A stretch of 64,000 nt of DNA from an uncultured delta proteobacterium (GCA_963815145.1 CAWFFS010000010.1:178860-242859); one strand, 5' to 3'. Shown: positions 47,694 to 57,337, numbered from the stretch's first letter. The notes: generated by a model from the letters alone, not told the origin. Made by a program: numbers and translations.

Positions 47694-47807
47694 ATGAGAA
47701 AATTTAAAATAACAACAATGGGGTATAAAACATCGTTTATTGATGATGAACCGGGCATACCTGTATCAATAAAACGGGTTTTTAAGGATGATTCCTATGA
47801 GCAATGA
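47694..47807 (+). pseudogene. possible remnant of a receiver (REC) domain N-terminus upstream of, and out of frame with, the kinase core gene
   Basis: The 37-codon ORF 'MRKFKITTMGYKTSFIDDEPGIPVSIKRVFKDDSYEQ*' resembles the first roughly 25 residues of a REC domain (xxIDDEPxI...L...GYE). It overlaps the start of 47788..48651. Confidence 0.3.
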
Positions 47808-48651
47808 ACAATCATGTGATCTCAAAGGCAAATTACGAGCAATGGAAGATGACGAGTCTCACGAAATTAAACAATCGGATGATGAAAGAAAAAAAACTGA
47901 AGCACAGCTCATACAGACTTCAAAAATGGAAGCCATGGAGACCTTAGCGGATGGTATCGCGCATGATTTCAACAATATGCTTTCTGGCATTGTCGGATAT
48001 TCGGAAGTAGCTTTGCTTGCCGCTGAAAAGGATAAACAGGTATCCAATATATTAAATAAAATACTCAATGTATGTGAACGGGCAAAGGTTCTTATAAATC
48101 AAATACTTTCCTTCAGCAGGCAGAATTACGAGGCATATGATGATGAGCCTGTTAATGTCGGACCTGTTATCAGCGAGGTTATTAGACTTTTAAGTGTATC
48201 GTTACCTGAAAATATCGAGATAAAAGTAAGTATTAATAATGACACCAGCATCATAAAGATCTCCCCAATAATGATACACCAGGTCGTTATGAACCTTTGC
48301 ACAAACGCCATACAGGCCATGAAAGTAAACGGAGGCATTCTGTCTATCGATCTCTCAAGCGTTAAAATTGATATGAACCACGGCCTGCAAGATGCCGCGA
48401 TTTTACCCGGGCATTATGTAAAACTCACCATAAGTGACAATGGCCCGGGAATACCTGATGAAAACATGGATAAAATCTTTAACCCGTACTTTACAACAAA
48501 GGAGAAGGGCGAAGGCACAGGACTGGGACTCTCAGTGGTTCATGGAATAATAAAAAATTATAAAGGTTTAATATCAGTGTCCAGTAATCCGGGTGTCAAG
48601 ACCTCTTTTGAGGTCCTGCTGCCATCAATGATAATCCCGGAAAGCAGTTAA
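47788..48651 (+). CDS. histidine kinase core (HisKA+HATPase) without sensor domain, paralogous to the 40042..41970 kinase
   Basis: 'KMEAMETLADGIAHDFNNMLSGIVGYSEVAL', 'DNGPGIP', 'GTGLGLSVVHGII'. Confidence 0.8.
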   Translation: MIPMSNEQSCDLKGKLRAMEDDESHEIKQSDDERKKTEAQLIQTSKMEAMETLADGIAHDFNNMLSGIVGYSEVALLAAEKDKQVSNILNKILNVCERAKVLINQILSFSRQNYEAYDDEPVNVGPVISEVIRLLSVSLPENIEIKVSINNDTSIIKISPIMIHQVVMNLCTNAIQAMKVNGGILSIDLSSVKIDMNHGLQDAAILPGHYVKLTISDNGPGIPDENMDKIFNPYFTTKEKGEGTGLGLSVVHGIIKNYKGLISVSSNPGVKTSFEVLLPSMIIPESS

Positions 48652-48692
48652 ACCCAGATTTTGCAGTAGACATCTACTGCAAAATCTGGGTT
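48651..48692. repeat. perfect 20-bp inverted repeat between convergent genes
   Basis: AACCCAGATTTTGCAGTAGA-ca-TCTACTGCAAAATCTGGGTT. Both flanking stop codons (48649-51 and 48691-93) touch the arms. There is no flanking T-run. Confidence 0.7.
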
Positions 48693-50943
48693 AAATATTC
48701 AGGCAGAACAGCTTGAGTCCATCCAGCATGCTGGGGTCTATGATTTCTTCATTTCGTTTTTTACTCAAGTCATCAATGGTGCCCACCTTTTCCTCAACCC
48801 TTTTGATCGTCTTTTCCACGCATGCCAGAAAAACATCAGGAGGCATAATATCCCTGTGACACCTTGCAGTGGAGAACAGGCTCAGACTTTTATCCGTGAT
48901 AGACAGGGTCATTCGCCTTGCTTCATATAAGAATTTCAGGACGGTTTTGGCTATACCTGCATTAAGAATAGGAGAAAAATCCCATAATATGGATGCAAAA
49001 GAAAGCCTGGTGTTGGGGATTGATGTGCGCAGCAGGATGGATTCGCCATAATCTGACACTGCATTGCTCAGAAAATTGACAAAGTCGGAATGCTGGTCCC
49101 TTATGCTTTTTTCCTTGCTGAGCCACCCCATAGCGTAAAAAACATCAGTTGCAGTCCCGGTTACATGACCATCCCTGTCTGTGATAGGGATTTCAGGGCT
49201 TTCAAACATTTCACCATAAGCCTTCAGTATCCTTTTCAGGCCCAGCGCGAACAGGAGGAAATAATAAGATCTATGCCCGCGCGAACTTAAGGCCATTCCC
49301 ATTTCGAAAAGACTTCGAGCCTCATCCAGGATTTTGAAAACATGGTCCGGAACCAGGAAATATTCCTTTTCTCTGTAGACTCCCCTGCCCTTTCTTATGA
49401 GCCTGAGGATAGTGATCGCCTGCCCTAATTTCCCGAGGCCGTATTCACAATAAAAATCTTCAATCTTTGTTGTACATATCTCATCGATAAGCGCCGCTTC
49501 TTTTTCGGCCTGCCTGAAATGGATATCCGATATGGAATAGGAATCGGCTTCTATACCAAGTATCCAGTATATCTCCATTCTTAAATTTCTTGCTGGCAAA
49601 TTGGCAGGATCTGCGTTAAGGATAATTCTTAAAATTTCATCGGCAGCAAGAAATCTCCTCCTGAAATAAAGTGTCCTTGCAATCTCCAGTCCAAGAAAGG
49701 AATTCTGAGGAGTCTTTAAAAAGGATGCGACCGCATAAGAGCCCCTCGCGTGCTCCCATTCGACATCAACATCATCAAACCACAGCATTTTCATAAATTT
49801 CTGGTCTGTTCCGGCATCCATCTTGAGAACAGGATCATCAAGGAGACCGGGAATGAGGTCCCAGAAATTTGTATTCCACAGACCCATTATCCACCATATT
49901 GCCACTTTCTCACCTGTAGAGATATCTATCTCCTTTGGTTTTTCACAGAAGACAGCCCTGATATCGTTTACCAGGACACAGAGATGTGCGAAATCGGTCA
50001 TTCTAATTAACGAATCGGCGGAAAGCCTGGTCCTTATAATAGACTGAAGATAGATATCCAGATTTGAAAGTTCGCCCGCAGCAATCGCAATAGTCAGCAT
50101 CCTTTTTGTTGTGCCATGCTTTGAAAGTGACCATCTGACAGATATCTGATGAGCAATTGAAAGGGCATCCTTGACAGCCTTTCCATAGGAGCGGGGATGG
50201 TCAGCGCTTTCTTCGGAAAGGTTGTCATTGGGGATATCCATAAAAAATGATGTGGTGCTGAAAGACTGAAAACGGTTTCTGTTAGTAAGAGAAAGATCCT
50301 TTGCGCATTTGAGGAGTTCCGCCTTCAGCCAGTTGACCGAGGATGTCTCAATAACATCTCCGTGGCTGTATAGATCAAAGGCTATCCGGACCCCTCTTTT
50401 ACTTTTTGTTCCCGGGTCAAGCGGACACATTTTTACGAGGGTCTCATAATTCCAGATGGCTCCAAGGCTGCTCCTGCTGTATCCAAACCAGAATGCAAGA
50501 AGTCTCAGGCAGTTTCGCTTGTTGACCGTGTTTGCCGGTTCCCTTTGCAGCCGGCTCAACATTACATTGGTCACCTTTCCTGAAGGAATCAGGTTCCCGA
50601 GATTAAATTTCTCCACCAGATCGTTGATCCAGCCTGTCAGGCCGCGGACAGAATTTTTTAATATTTCTTTATCCTCAAGGAATTCTCCGAGGGTTAAATC
50701 ATTAGGGGGCTCACATTCATCCGGATCAAACGAATTTTCAAGTACGAAAAATTCAAGGGCCCTTTCGCCGTCATCAGGGCCGATAATATTATTGTCCCTG
50801 GCAATATCTACAAAACGGTCTATCTTTATGCGGTTATCTTCGATAAATTCACTGTACGATTCCTGATTTGGAAATACCGCGAGCAGGGCTTTCCTGATTT
50901 TCTCATTCTCATCCAAATTATTTTTACTTTTCATCATTTTCAT
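48691..50943 (-). CDS. large hypothetical protein (750 aa) with TPR-like C-terminal half
   Basis: Long uninterrupted ORF. 'ADEILRIILNADPANLPARNLRMEIYWILG' is TPR-like. No catalytic motif was recognised. Confidence 0.5.
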   Translation of the reverse strand: MKMMKSKNNLDENEKIRKALLAVFPNQESYSEFIEDNRIKIDRFVDIARDNNIIGPDDGERALEFFVLENSFDPDECEPPNDLTLGEFLEDKEILKNSVRGLTGWINDLVEKFNLGNLIPSGKVTNVMLSRLQREPANTVNKRNCLRLLAFWFGYSRSSLGAIWNYETLVKMCPLDPGTKSKRGVRIAFDLYSHGDVIETSSVNWLKAELLKCAKDLSLTNRNRFQSFSTTSFFMDIPNDNLSEESADHPRSYGKAVKDALSIAHQISVRWSLSKHGTTKRMLTIAIAAGELSNLDIYLQSIIRTRLSADSLIRMTDFAHLCVLVNDIRAVFCEKPKEIDISTGEKVAIWWIMGLWNTNFWDLIPGLLDDPVLKMDAGTDQKFMKMLWFDDVDVEWEHARGSYAVASFLKTPQNSFLGLEIARTLYFRRRFLAADEILRIILNADPANLPARNLRMEIYWILGIEADSYSISDIHFRQAEKEAALIDEICTTKIEDFYCEYGLGKLGQAITILRLIRKGRGVYREKEYFLVPDHVFKILDEARSLFEMGMALSSRGHRSYYFLLFALGLKRILKAYGEMFESPEIPITDRDGHVTGTATDVFYAMGWLSKEKSIRDQHSDFVNFLSNAVSDYGESILLRTSIPNTRLSFASILWDFSPILNAGIAKTVLKFLYEARRMTLSITDKSLSLFSTARCHRDIMPPDVFLACVEKTIKRVEEKVGTIDDLSKKRNEEIIDPSMLDGLKLFCLNI

Positions 50944-51009
50944 TAAACGGGTTACTCCCTCTTTTTTTCTACAATGAGAAGACTGGGCGGGTAAGGGGAA
51001 AATAGAAAA

Positions 51010-52209
51010 TCAGTTTGTCATTATAAACAGGGGTTTCATTTCAAAACTTTTATATAGTGGCCGTAGTCTTTTTATATCATAGTGTTTTTCGACGTCGACG
51101 ATTTTCTTGGAACTCGTAACGACCTCTATCGGCATGTTGTCATATCTCCCGTTTTTCAACACCACAATTCTGCCATGTATATTGTCCAGAATAAGATCCA
51201 GCGCAAGGTTCCCGTAAGCCATAGGAACAATCGAGTCAATCGCATCAGGGTCGCCTCCCCTTACAAGATAACCAAGCTTCTGATTGATAATATCAATCGG
51301 CCTGCCGTTGTTATACTTTGCAGACCTTTCTCTCAGTTCCGATGATACAAGATCGCCGATACCCCCGAGTTTTTTATGTCCGTAAGCATCTGTCCTTGCT
51401 TCCTGAAAGACCATCTCGCCGCCTTCAAACATGGCGCCTTCTGAAACAAGCACAACAGAATAGCGGCTCGGGTTTTTATTCCGGTCCTGTGTCAGGAGCT
51501 CGGTAAGGAGCTCCATGTCAAATTTATGTTCAGGAATAACGCACCTGTTTGCCGCACCGGCCATTGCCGGAAGCATCGCCGTAAAACCGGCATAACGTCC
51601 GAATACCTCCATGACGAGAAATCTTTCGTGTGATCCGGCGGATGTACGCAGGCTGTTTGTCATGGAAATAGTCCGGGTTACACAGGTACTAAAGCCTATA
51701 CAGTAATCAGTTCCGGGTACATCGTTATCCATTGTTTTTGGTATGGCAACGACTTTAACGCCCTCCTGGTACAGCCTTACTCCATAACTTAAGGTATCAT
51801 CCCCGCCGATAGGAATAAGGTAATCAACCCCTAAAAAATCAAGATTTTTCAGTACATCAGGAGTAAGGTCATTGATATCTTCCGTGTATTTATCCTTCAG
51901 ATGTTCCGGTACACTCTCTTTTTTAACATGGCTCGGTCTTGCCCTGGATGTATGCAGGAAAGTGCCGCCGGTTCTGCCTGCCTTATTGACTATCTCTTCG
52001 GTCAGTACCTGGTAATAACCGGAGTTGTCAGCATCCTTGTCAGGGATAATATCTATAGTTCCCTGCCATCCATGTCGAATGCCAATCACCCTGTACCCTT
52101 CCCTTATAGCCCTTATGGTTATAGCCCTTATTGCAGGATTAAGGCCGGGGACATCCCCGCCGCCGGTAAGAATTGCAATTACACCTTTTTTATTTACTGA
52201 ATCTGACAT
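51010..52209 (-). CDS. pfp: 6-phosphofructokinase, PPi-dependent type by active-site signature
   Basis: 'ILTGGGDVPGLNPAIRA', 'PIGGDDTLS' (Asp at the E. coli PfkA G104 position), 'PKTMDNDV' (Lys at the G124 position). Confidence 0.8.
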   Translation of the reverse strand: MSDSVNKKGVIAILTGGGDVPGLNPAIRAITIRAIREGYRVIGIRHGWQGTIDIIPDKDADNSGYYQVLTEEIVNKAGRTGGTFLHTSRARPSHVKKESVPEHLKDKYTEDINDLTPDVLKNLDFLGVDYLIPIGGDDTLSYGVRLYQEGVKVVAIPKTMDNDVPGTDYCIGFSTCVTRTISMTNSLRTSAGSHERFLVMEVFGRYAGFTAMLPAMAGAANRCVIPEHKFDMELLTELLTQDRNKNPSRYSVVLVSEGAMFEGGEMVFQEARTDAYGHKKLGGIGDLVSSELRERSAKYNNGRPIDIINQKLGYLVRGGDPDAIDSIVPMAYGNLALDLILDNIHGRIVVLKNGRYDNMPIEVVTSSKKIVDVEKHYDIKRLRPLYKSFEMKPLFIMTN

Positions 52210-52242
52210 TTTTTCTCCTTTATTCCATTAGAAAAAAGCCCT

Positions 52243-53658
52243 TTATACTCTAACCACTTCAATCATATTTGTAGCCTGCTCATAACCTCCAGGAACACCG
52301 GCAGTTATTACCGCAAGGTCCCCTTTCTCAACGATCCCTGCCTTTAAAGCAAAATGTGAAAATTCGCTGATTATATCTCCTGTTCTGCCTATTTCGGGAA
52401 TAAGAAATGCATTACACCCGAAAAACATGGATAGCCACCTGACAACATCAGCATCAGGAGACAGGGCAATAACAGGGCAGCTTGGCCGGAACCTCAATAT
52501 ACGCATAGCGGTCCTTCCTGATCTTGTTGGGGCGATTATCACAGAGGCATTTATCTGGTCGGCAAGAACACAGGCGGAATAGGCCACCGATTCATTTGTC
52601 TTAGTTCCCGGGAGCGCTTTCATAAATCTTTCATGGGGATATATTGTTTCGGCATAGCCGGCTATCTTTGACATGTACCTTATGGAGTTTACGGGATAAT
52701 TTCCGGAGGCGGTTTCCTCTGAAAGCATTACCGCATCTGTTCCGTCCAGAACCGCATTGGCTACATCACCGGCTTCCGCCCTTGTGGGACGGGGTGATTC
52801 CACCATTGAGCGAAGCATCTGGGTGGCCGTAATTACGGGCTTACCTGACTCATTCGCCATTTTTATAAGCTGTTTCTGTAAGACAGGGACCCTTTCCAGC
52901 GGTATTTCCACACCCAGATCACCGCGGGCTACCATTAACCCGTCAGAAACATCAAGTATCTCCCTTATATTATCTATTGCCTCATGTTTTTCTATTTTTG
53001 CAATAACAGGCACCTTTTTTTTATTTTTTTCAATTATGCTCTTTAAATCAATGATATCCTGCGCGCTCCGGACAAAAGAGAGTGCGACAATATCGACCCC
53101 CATTTCAAGACCAAACTGCAGATCATCACGATCTTTCGGTGTGAGCGAAGGCGTATTGATAGTGCCCGTTGGCAGGTTTATCCCCTTGTTAGAGGTCAGT
53201 ATGCCACCGGTCAGGACCTCACAGTGTATCTCCTTTAGAAGAATATCCCTGACCCTGAGCTCCATCAATCCGTCTGCGAGAAGAATACTGTCCCCCGGTT
53301 TGACTTCTTCGGGAAGGTCGGGATCTGTTACACTTACCCTGTTTCCGCTCCCTTCCACCTTTTCGGTTGTAAGTATGAGGGTATTGCCCGGAGAAAGTTC
53401 TATACCAGGATCAGGAATCGTGCCGGTTCTGATTTTAGGACCTGCAAGATCCTGCAGAATGGCGACGGGTTTATCAAGCTCTTCTGAAAGCTGTCTTATG
53501 ATTTTAATTTTATTTTCGTGATCTGAATGTCTGCCATGTGAAAAATTGAGCCTGGCCACATTCATGCCCGAGAGTATCATTTCACGGATTATGGATGGAG
53601 TATCGCTGGCCGGACCAATAGTGCAGATAATCTTTGTTTTTGTAATAGATTTGTTCAT
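52243..53658 (-). CDS. pyk: pyruvate kinase
   Basis: 'TKIICTIGPAS', 'MNVARLNFSHG', 'IAKIEKHEA', 'MVARGDLGVEIP', 'TQMLRSM'. Confidence 0.95.
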   Translation of the reverse strand: MNKSITKTKIICTIGPASDTPSIIREMILSGMNVARLNFSHGRHSDHENKIKIIRQLSEELDKPVAILQDLAGPKIRTGTIPDPGIELSPGNTLILTTEKVEGSGNRVSVTDPDLPEEVKPGDSILLADGLMELRVRDILLKEIHCEVLTGGILTSNKGINLPTGTINTPSLTPKDRDDLQFGLEMGVDIVALSFVRSAQDIIDLKSIIEKNKKKVPVIAKIEKHEAIDNIREILDVSDGLMVARGDLGVEIPLERVPVLQKQLIKMANESGKPVITATQMLRSMVESPRPTRAEAGDVANAVLDGTDAVMLSEETASGNYPVNSIRYMSKIAGYAETIYPHERFMKALPGTKTNESVAYSACVLADQINASVIIAPTRSGRTAMRILRFRPSCPVIALSPDADVVRWLSMFFGCNAFLIPEIGRTGDIISEFSHFALKAGIVEKGDLAVITAGVPGGYEQATNMIEVVRV

Positions 53659-53701
53659 TAATTTCTCCAGTTTCCAGTGAAAACAAAAGATAATGGATAG
53701 G

Positions 53702-55153
53702 CTACTGGTCTGCGCTTACAGTTTCTCTTTTCGCAACAACATATTCCATGGTAAATTTTCCATTAACACCATTTTCAATCTTGACCTTGTTGTCAAGATC
53801 AAGATTTACGTCCATCTTGCCGCTTTTGGTGATATTATCAAGCTGGATCTTGTCGGTATAAACAGTGGATATATCATTGAGCACCAGGCTGGGTCCGCTG
53901 ATGACAGCAATCTTGGGTTGAAACGATACGCTGGATATCAGGAGATCATCCTGCAGTTTTCCCTTCCAGTCAGCCTGAACCGGTACTTGTTTCTGGATTA
54001 TTTTATCAAGGACAATACTTATCGATGATGGGGTTGTGTTTCTTAAAAAAACGCCCGGGGGCAGTGTTATGTTTTTTTTGGTAATATAATAGATATTCCT
54101 GCCTATGGCGCCATCACTCAGGTCAATGGCAACCTTGACCTTTTCCGGCGTAATGTTTCTAAGCAGCGTACCAGACCCGTTGAGATCAAGCGAAACCGTT
54201 TTAACCGATGTATCCATGATTATCATTTCCGGGTTGCTGTTAGTGTATTCTACCGGCACCTCAAGCGTAACGATTGTGTCAACGCCCTTTGTAAAACTCA
54301 GCCAGATTCCGGTTATAAAGATCAGCGAAATAGCAGCCGCCATCACCAGTTCGATCTTTTCCTTCCTGCCGCCCGATGAATCCTTTTCATTTATCCCCAA
54401 ATGACTGTTTATATAATCGGAGAGGTCATTTTTATCCGCGACATTGAATATATCTCCTGATTTTGCCACAATAACACTTCTTCTCTCTTCGGAAGAAACA
54501 ATGACAAGGGCATCGGTAGTTTCCGCGAGACCGGCCGCTGCCCTGTGGCGCATGCCATAATAGGATGGAAGGTCTTTCCTGTGGGAAAGCGGTAGCACTG
54601 CCCCTACCTGCGAAATCCTGTCTCCTGTTACGATAGCGGCACCATCATGTACGGGATTTTCATGCCAGAAAATACTCAGGATCATTTCTTTTGAAATTTT
54701 TCCGTCCCAGTTAATCCCGCTATGAACGGAATCGTAGATATCCTCCTTTCCGGGGATAACAAGAATGGCACCCGTACCCTTTGACGCCATTTCGAATATG
54801 CTTTCGGAAATTATATCCACGGGAGTATCCCGCTCATAATGAGGCGTATCCCAGAATAATGTTCTGAAATTTTTCGCCTGGAGAACAGTCCTTATTTCAT
54901 TCCTGAATATTACTATTATAATGATAGCGGCAACTGCAGTAAAACTCTGGACTGCCCAGCTTGTGACAATCAGCCCCATGTAGAAGGCTATCTTCTGGAA
55001 GAACCACAAAACAGCAATCCCCATCAGCACACGAAAAACATTGGTACCCTTGAACAGGACATAGAGCCTGAAAAGTATATAGCTCATTAGAAGGATATCA
55101 AAAACATCCCGCCACCTGATCGTATTTATGAATTCATGAGTCATGTGATTCAA
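53702..55153 (-). CDS. cdaA: diadenylate cyclase CdaA fused to a YbbR/CdaR-like domain region
   Basis: Three N-terminal TM helices. DAC motifs 'HDGAAIV' (DGA) and 'GMRHRAAAG' (RHR). An extra TM helix 'LVMAAAISLIFITGIWL' precedes YbbR-like repeats ('TLEVPVEYTN...', 'KVAIDLSD...'). Confidence 0.8.
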   Translation of the reverse strand: MNHMTHEFINTIRWRDVFDILLMSYILFRLYVLFKGTNVFRVLMGIAVLWFFQKIAFYMGLIVTSWAVQSFTAVAAIIIIVIFRNEIRTVLQAKNFRTLFWDTPHYERDTPVDIISESIFEMASKGTGAILVIPGKEDIYDSVHSGINWDGKISKEMILSIFWHENPVHDGAAIVTGDRISQVGAVLPLSHRKDLPSYYGMRHRAAAGLAETTDALVIVSSEERRSVIVAKSGDIFNVADKNDLSDYINSHLGINEKDSSGGRKEKIELVMAAAISLIFITGIWLSFTKGVDTIVTLEVPVEYTNSNPEMIIMDTSVKTVSLDLNGSGTLLRNITPEKVKVAIDLSDGAIGRNIYYITKKNITLPPGVFLRNTTPSSISIVLDKIIQKQVPVQADWKGKLQDDLLISSVSFQPKIAVISGPSLVLNDISTVYTDKIQLDNITKSGKMDVNLDLDNKVKIENGVNGKFTMEYVVAKRETVSADQ

Positions 55154-55638
55154 TCTGTAATGCTGAATCGTATAGTAGCCAGGATATTACCATCAGCATC
55201 GGTAATTTCCACTCTCCATGGCCCCTTGTCACTTTCTCTCAACTGAATATTGCTTTGTGTCGCATACCGGGGAGGTGAAAGTTTAAGCGTAAATTTTGAG
55301 CTCAGTTTATCGTTAAAATAGTATTTATGGTAAATCAGAGTATCCTCATAAACAGGATCAAAATAGGTAAAACAAAATACCCTGCCTATACTTGATGAAA
55401 ACACTACACTTTCATTTACAGGTGTTGTACTGTTAAGAACCTTCTCGCAAAGAACCGCTTTTTTTAACACCGGCGGAAGGGCTTTGGCCGGAGGAGAGGT
55501 CTTGACAGGCGGAGGGGTCTTGGCCGGAGCAGTATTATCATCCGCGAAACATAACACGCACTGCAACAGGGCAACTGCCGCCACGGCTATGACAAGGCCT
55601 TTTACTGAAAGATATTTTCTTTGCTTACCGGACATCAT
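55150..55638 (-). CDS. secreted/membrane-anchored DUF2914-like protein with Pro-rich linker
   Basis: Start 'MMSGKQRKYLSVKGLVIAVAAVALL' overlaps the usp stop. Linker 'APAKTPPPVKTSPPAKALPPV'. C-terminal beta-rich domain 'VFCFTYF...GPWRVEITDADGNILATIRFSI'. Confidence 0.5.
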   Translation of the reverse strand: MMSGKQRKYLSVKGLVIAVAAVALLQCVLCFADDNTAPAKTPPPVKTSPPAKALPPVLKKAVLCEKVLNSTTPVNESVVFSSSIGRVFCFTYFDPVYEDTLIYHKYYFNDKLSSKFTLKLSPPRYATQSNIQLRESDKGPWRVEITDADGNILATIRFSITD

Positions 55639-56057
55639 TTCACCATCATCACCGGACACGGGGCAAGTATTCCGACACGGTAGCTTATAGTTGCCCATCC
55701 GTCCGGAGATTCCATATCTTCAAGTTTATGAGAACTCAGGATGATCAGATCAATCCCTCTGGCAGAAGCGTATTTTACTATTTCCGGGACACGTTTGCCG
55801 TAGATAATATCACTAGAAATGTCTATTTTATCACTTGCATATCTGTTTGCGATCTTTGCCATCTTTTCACCCGCACGGGCAGCAAGTTTATCATAAAACT
55901 CGCTGAATTCTGTTTCTCCTTCATCATCATCTATCGTTTCCACAACATGGAGAAGCGTTATCCTGCATGAGGCGTTTTTATTCATATCGGCTGCTATTTC
56001 AAGGGCCTTTAGACTTTTATCGGTTAAATCAGTGGGTACCAGAATATTCTTGAACAT
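55635..56057 (-). CDS. universal stress protein (UspA family)
   Basis: 'MFKNILVPTDLTDKS...ITLLHVVE...DLIILSSH' has the typical Usp layout. Confidence 0.85.
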   Translation of the reverse strand: MFKNILVPTDLTDKSLKALEIAADMNKNASCRITLLHVVETIDDDEGETEFSEFYDKLAARAGEKMAKIANRYASDKIDISSDIIYGKRVPEIVKYASARGIDLIILSSHKLEDMESPDGWATISYRVGILAPCPVMMVK

Positions 56058-56077
56058 TTACCACTCCTTGATCATTG

Positions 56078-57337
56078 TTAAACCTGATTTAGTTTTTCTC
56101 TGGATTTTTCATCCCATATCTTGATGAGGTAATCCTTTTGATCTTCAAACTTTGCGGCCTGATCTTCTACAAGGATTTCCGCCTCACTTGATGACATTTC
56201 CCAGCTCTGTTTAACAAAGGATGCAACTCTGCCAAAATAGAGAGGTGTCATCATGTCAAGCAGTTTATCTCTGTTAACATTCCAGAGATGATAGGTTGCA
56301 GCCAATTCATATAAAATCTTTACCCATGCTTCAGTGGAAAGATGGAAATTTTTGGATTCCATTTTGCTGGTTTCTGTAACCTGATTGAAGCTGGATTCAC
56401 TAAGTATACTTTTCCACAGGGATGAAAACTGCTGATAACCTGTCTTGAAAAGATCAATCATTAATTCGAGATTTACATTGACGGGTTCGGGATCCAAAGC
56501 ACCTTCATATCCGAACAGTTCAAGTGCCTCGCTTCCTTTTACGTTTTGCCAGATGCTTTCATGCGTTTCCATAAGAGAAAACAGGGCCGAAAGTACCTGT
56601 CGGAACATTGGTCCCAGATGCTGACCAGGATCCTTGACATCATGTATTTTTACGCCCAGGTTGGACTGACATATCCTGAAGCCCTGGGTGACCGCACTTG
56701 TGGTCATCCATATATCTATGCCGAATTTGGCAACATCAGTATCCCATACATCCTGTTCAGTGTAAAATTTAGCCACATCACTGGAAATGGCAAAATCTCC
56801 TCCGATCGGTTGTCTTATCCTTTTACCGTAAAGAGCCCTTGTAAGATTATAAACAATATTATTTGTGATTGTTCCATCATACTTATGCCTCATATATACC
56901 GGCGAGACATACTGGTAGTCATGATTAAGTATGGGTTCCAGAAGGTATTTCACCCAGTCCGGTGTGATACTCCTCAGATCGGAATCCACCATTGCGCAGA
57001 CCTTTACCTTCAGCCTTTTTGCTGCCTCAAACACTGATCGGAGTGCAGTGCCCTTTCCGCCTGGTCCCCTGTAGATCGATACGATCTTTTCCTGCCAGGG
57101 CTTGATCTCAAACTCCTTTGCAGCCTCTCTTGTATCATCGGTTGAACCGCCGTCTGCAATAAAAATAACGCTTCGCCTGTCATTATAATGAGTCGCAAGG
57201 CCGTGCGTTACCATCTGAATAACATGAGCTATTGTTTTTTCATTATTATAGCTGGGAATCCCCATAAGTATGTCAGCGGTTCCAATTTCTTCTATCCTTT
57301 TTGATGTGTATCCTCTAAGTGCTGTATCATAATTCAT
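56078..57337 (-). CDS. glycosyltransferase, GT-A fold (GT2/GT81-like)
   Basis: 'ILMGIPSYNNEKTI', 'ADGGSTDDTREAA', 'GKGTALRSVFEAA', 'MVDSDL' (DxD). Confidence 0.6.
   Translation of the reverse strand: MNYDTALRGYTSKRIEEIGTADILMGIPSYNNEKTIAHVIQMVTHGLATHYNDRRSVIFIADGGSTDDTREAAKEFEIKPWQEKIVSIYRGPGGKGTALRSVFEAAKRLKVKVCAMVDSDLRSITPDWVKYLLEPILNHDYQYVSPVYMRHKYDGTITNNIVYNLTRALYGKRIRQPIGGDFAISSDVAKFYTEQDVWDTDVAKFGIDIWMTTSAVTQGFRICQSNLGVKIHDVKDPGQHLGPMFRQVLSALFSLMETHESIWQNVKGSEALELFGYEGALDPEPVNVNLELMIDLFKTGYQQFSSLWKSILSESSFNQVTETSKMESKNFHLSTEAWVKILYELAATYHLWNVNRDKLLDMMTPLYFGRVASFVKQSWEMSSSEAEILVEDQAAKFEDQKDYLIKIWDEKSREKLNQV

Noticed and set aside
52757-53521. 254-aa Ser-rich ORF antisense to pyruvate kinase (similarly 61449..61988 antisense to res, 1928..2476 antisense to the URO-D gene, and 18246..18881 antisense to gpmI)
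   Set aside because: These are shadow ORFs of strongly supported genes on the other strand. They are low-complexity with no motifs.
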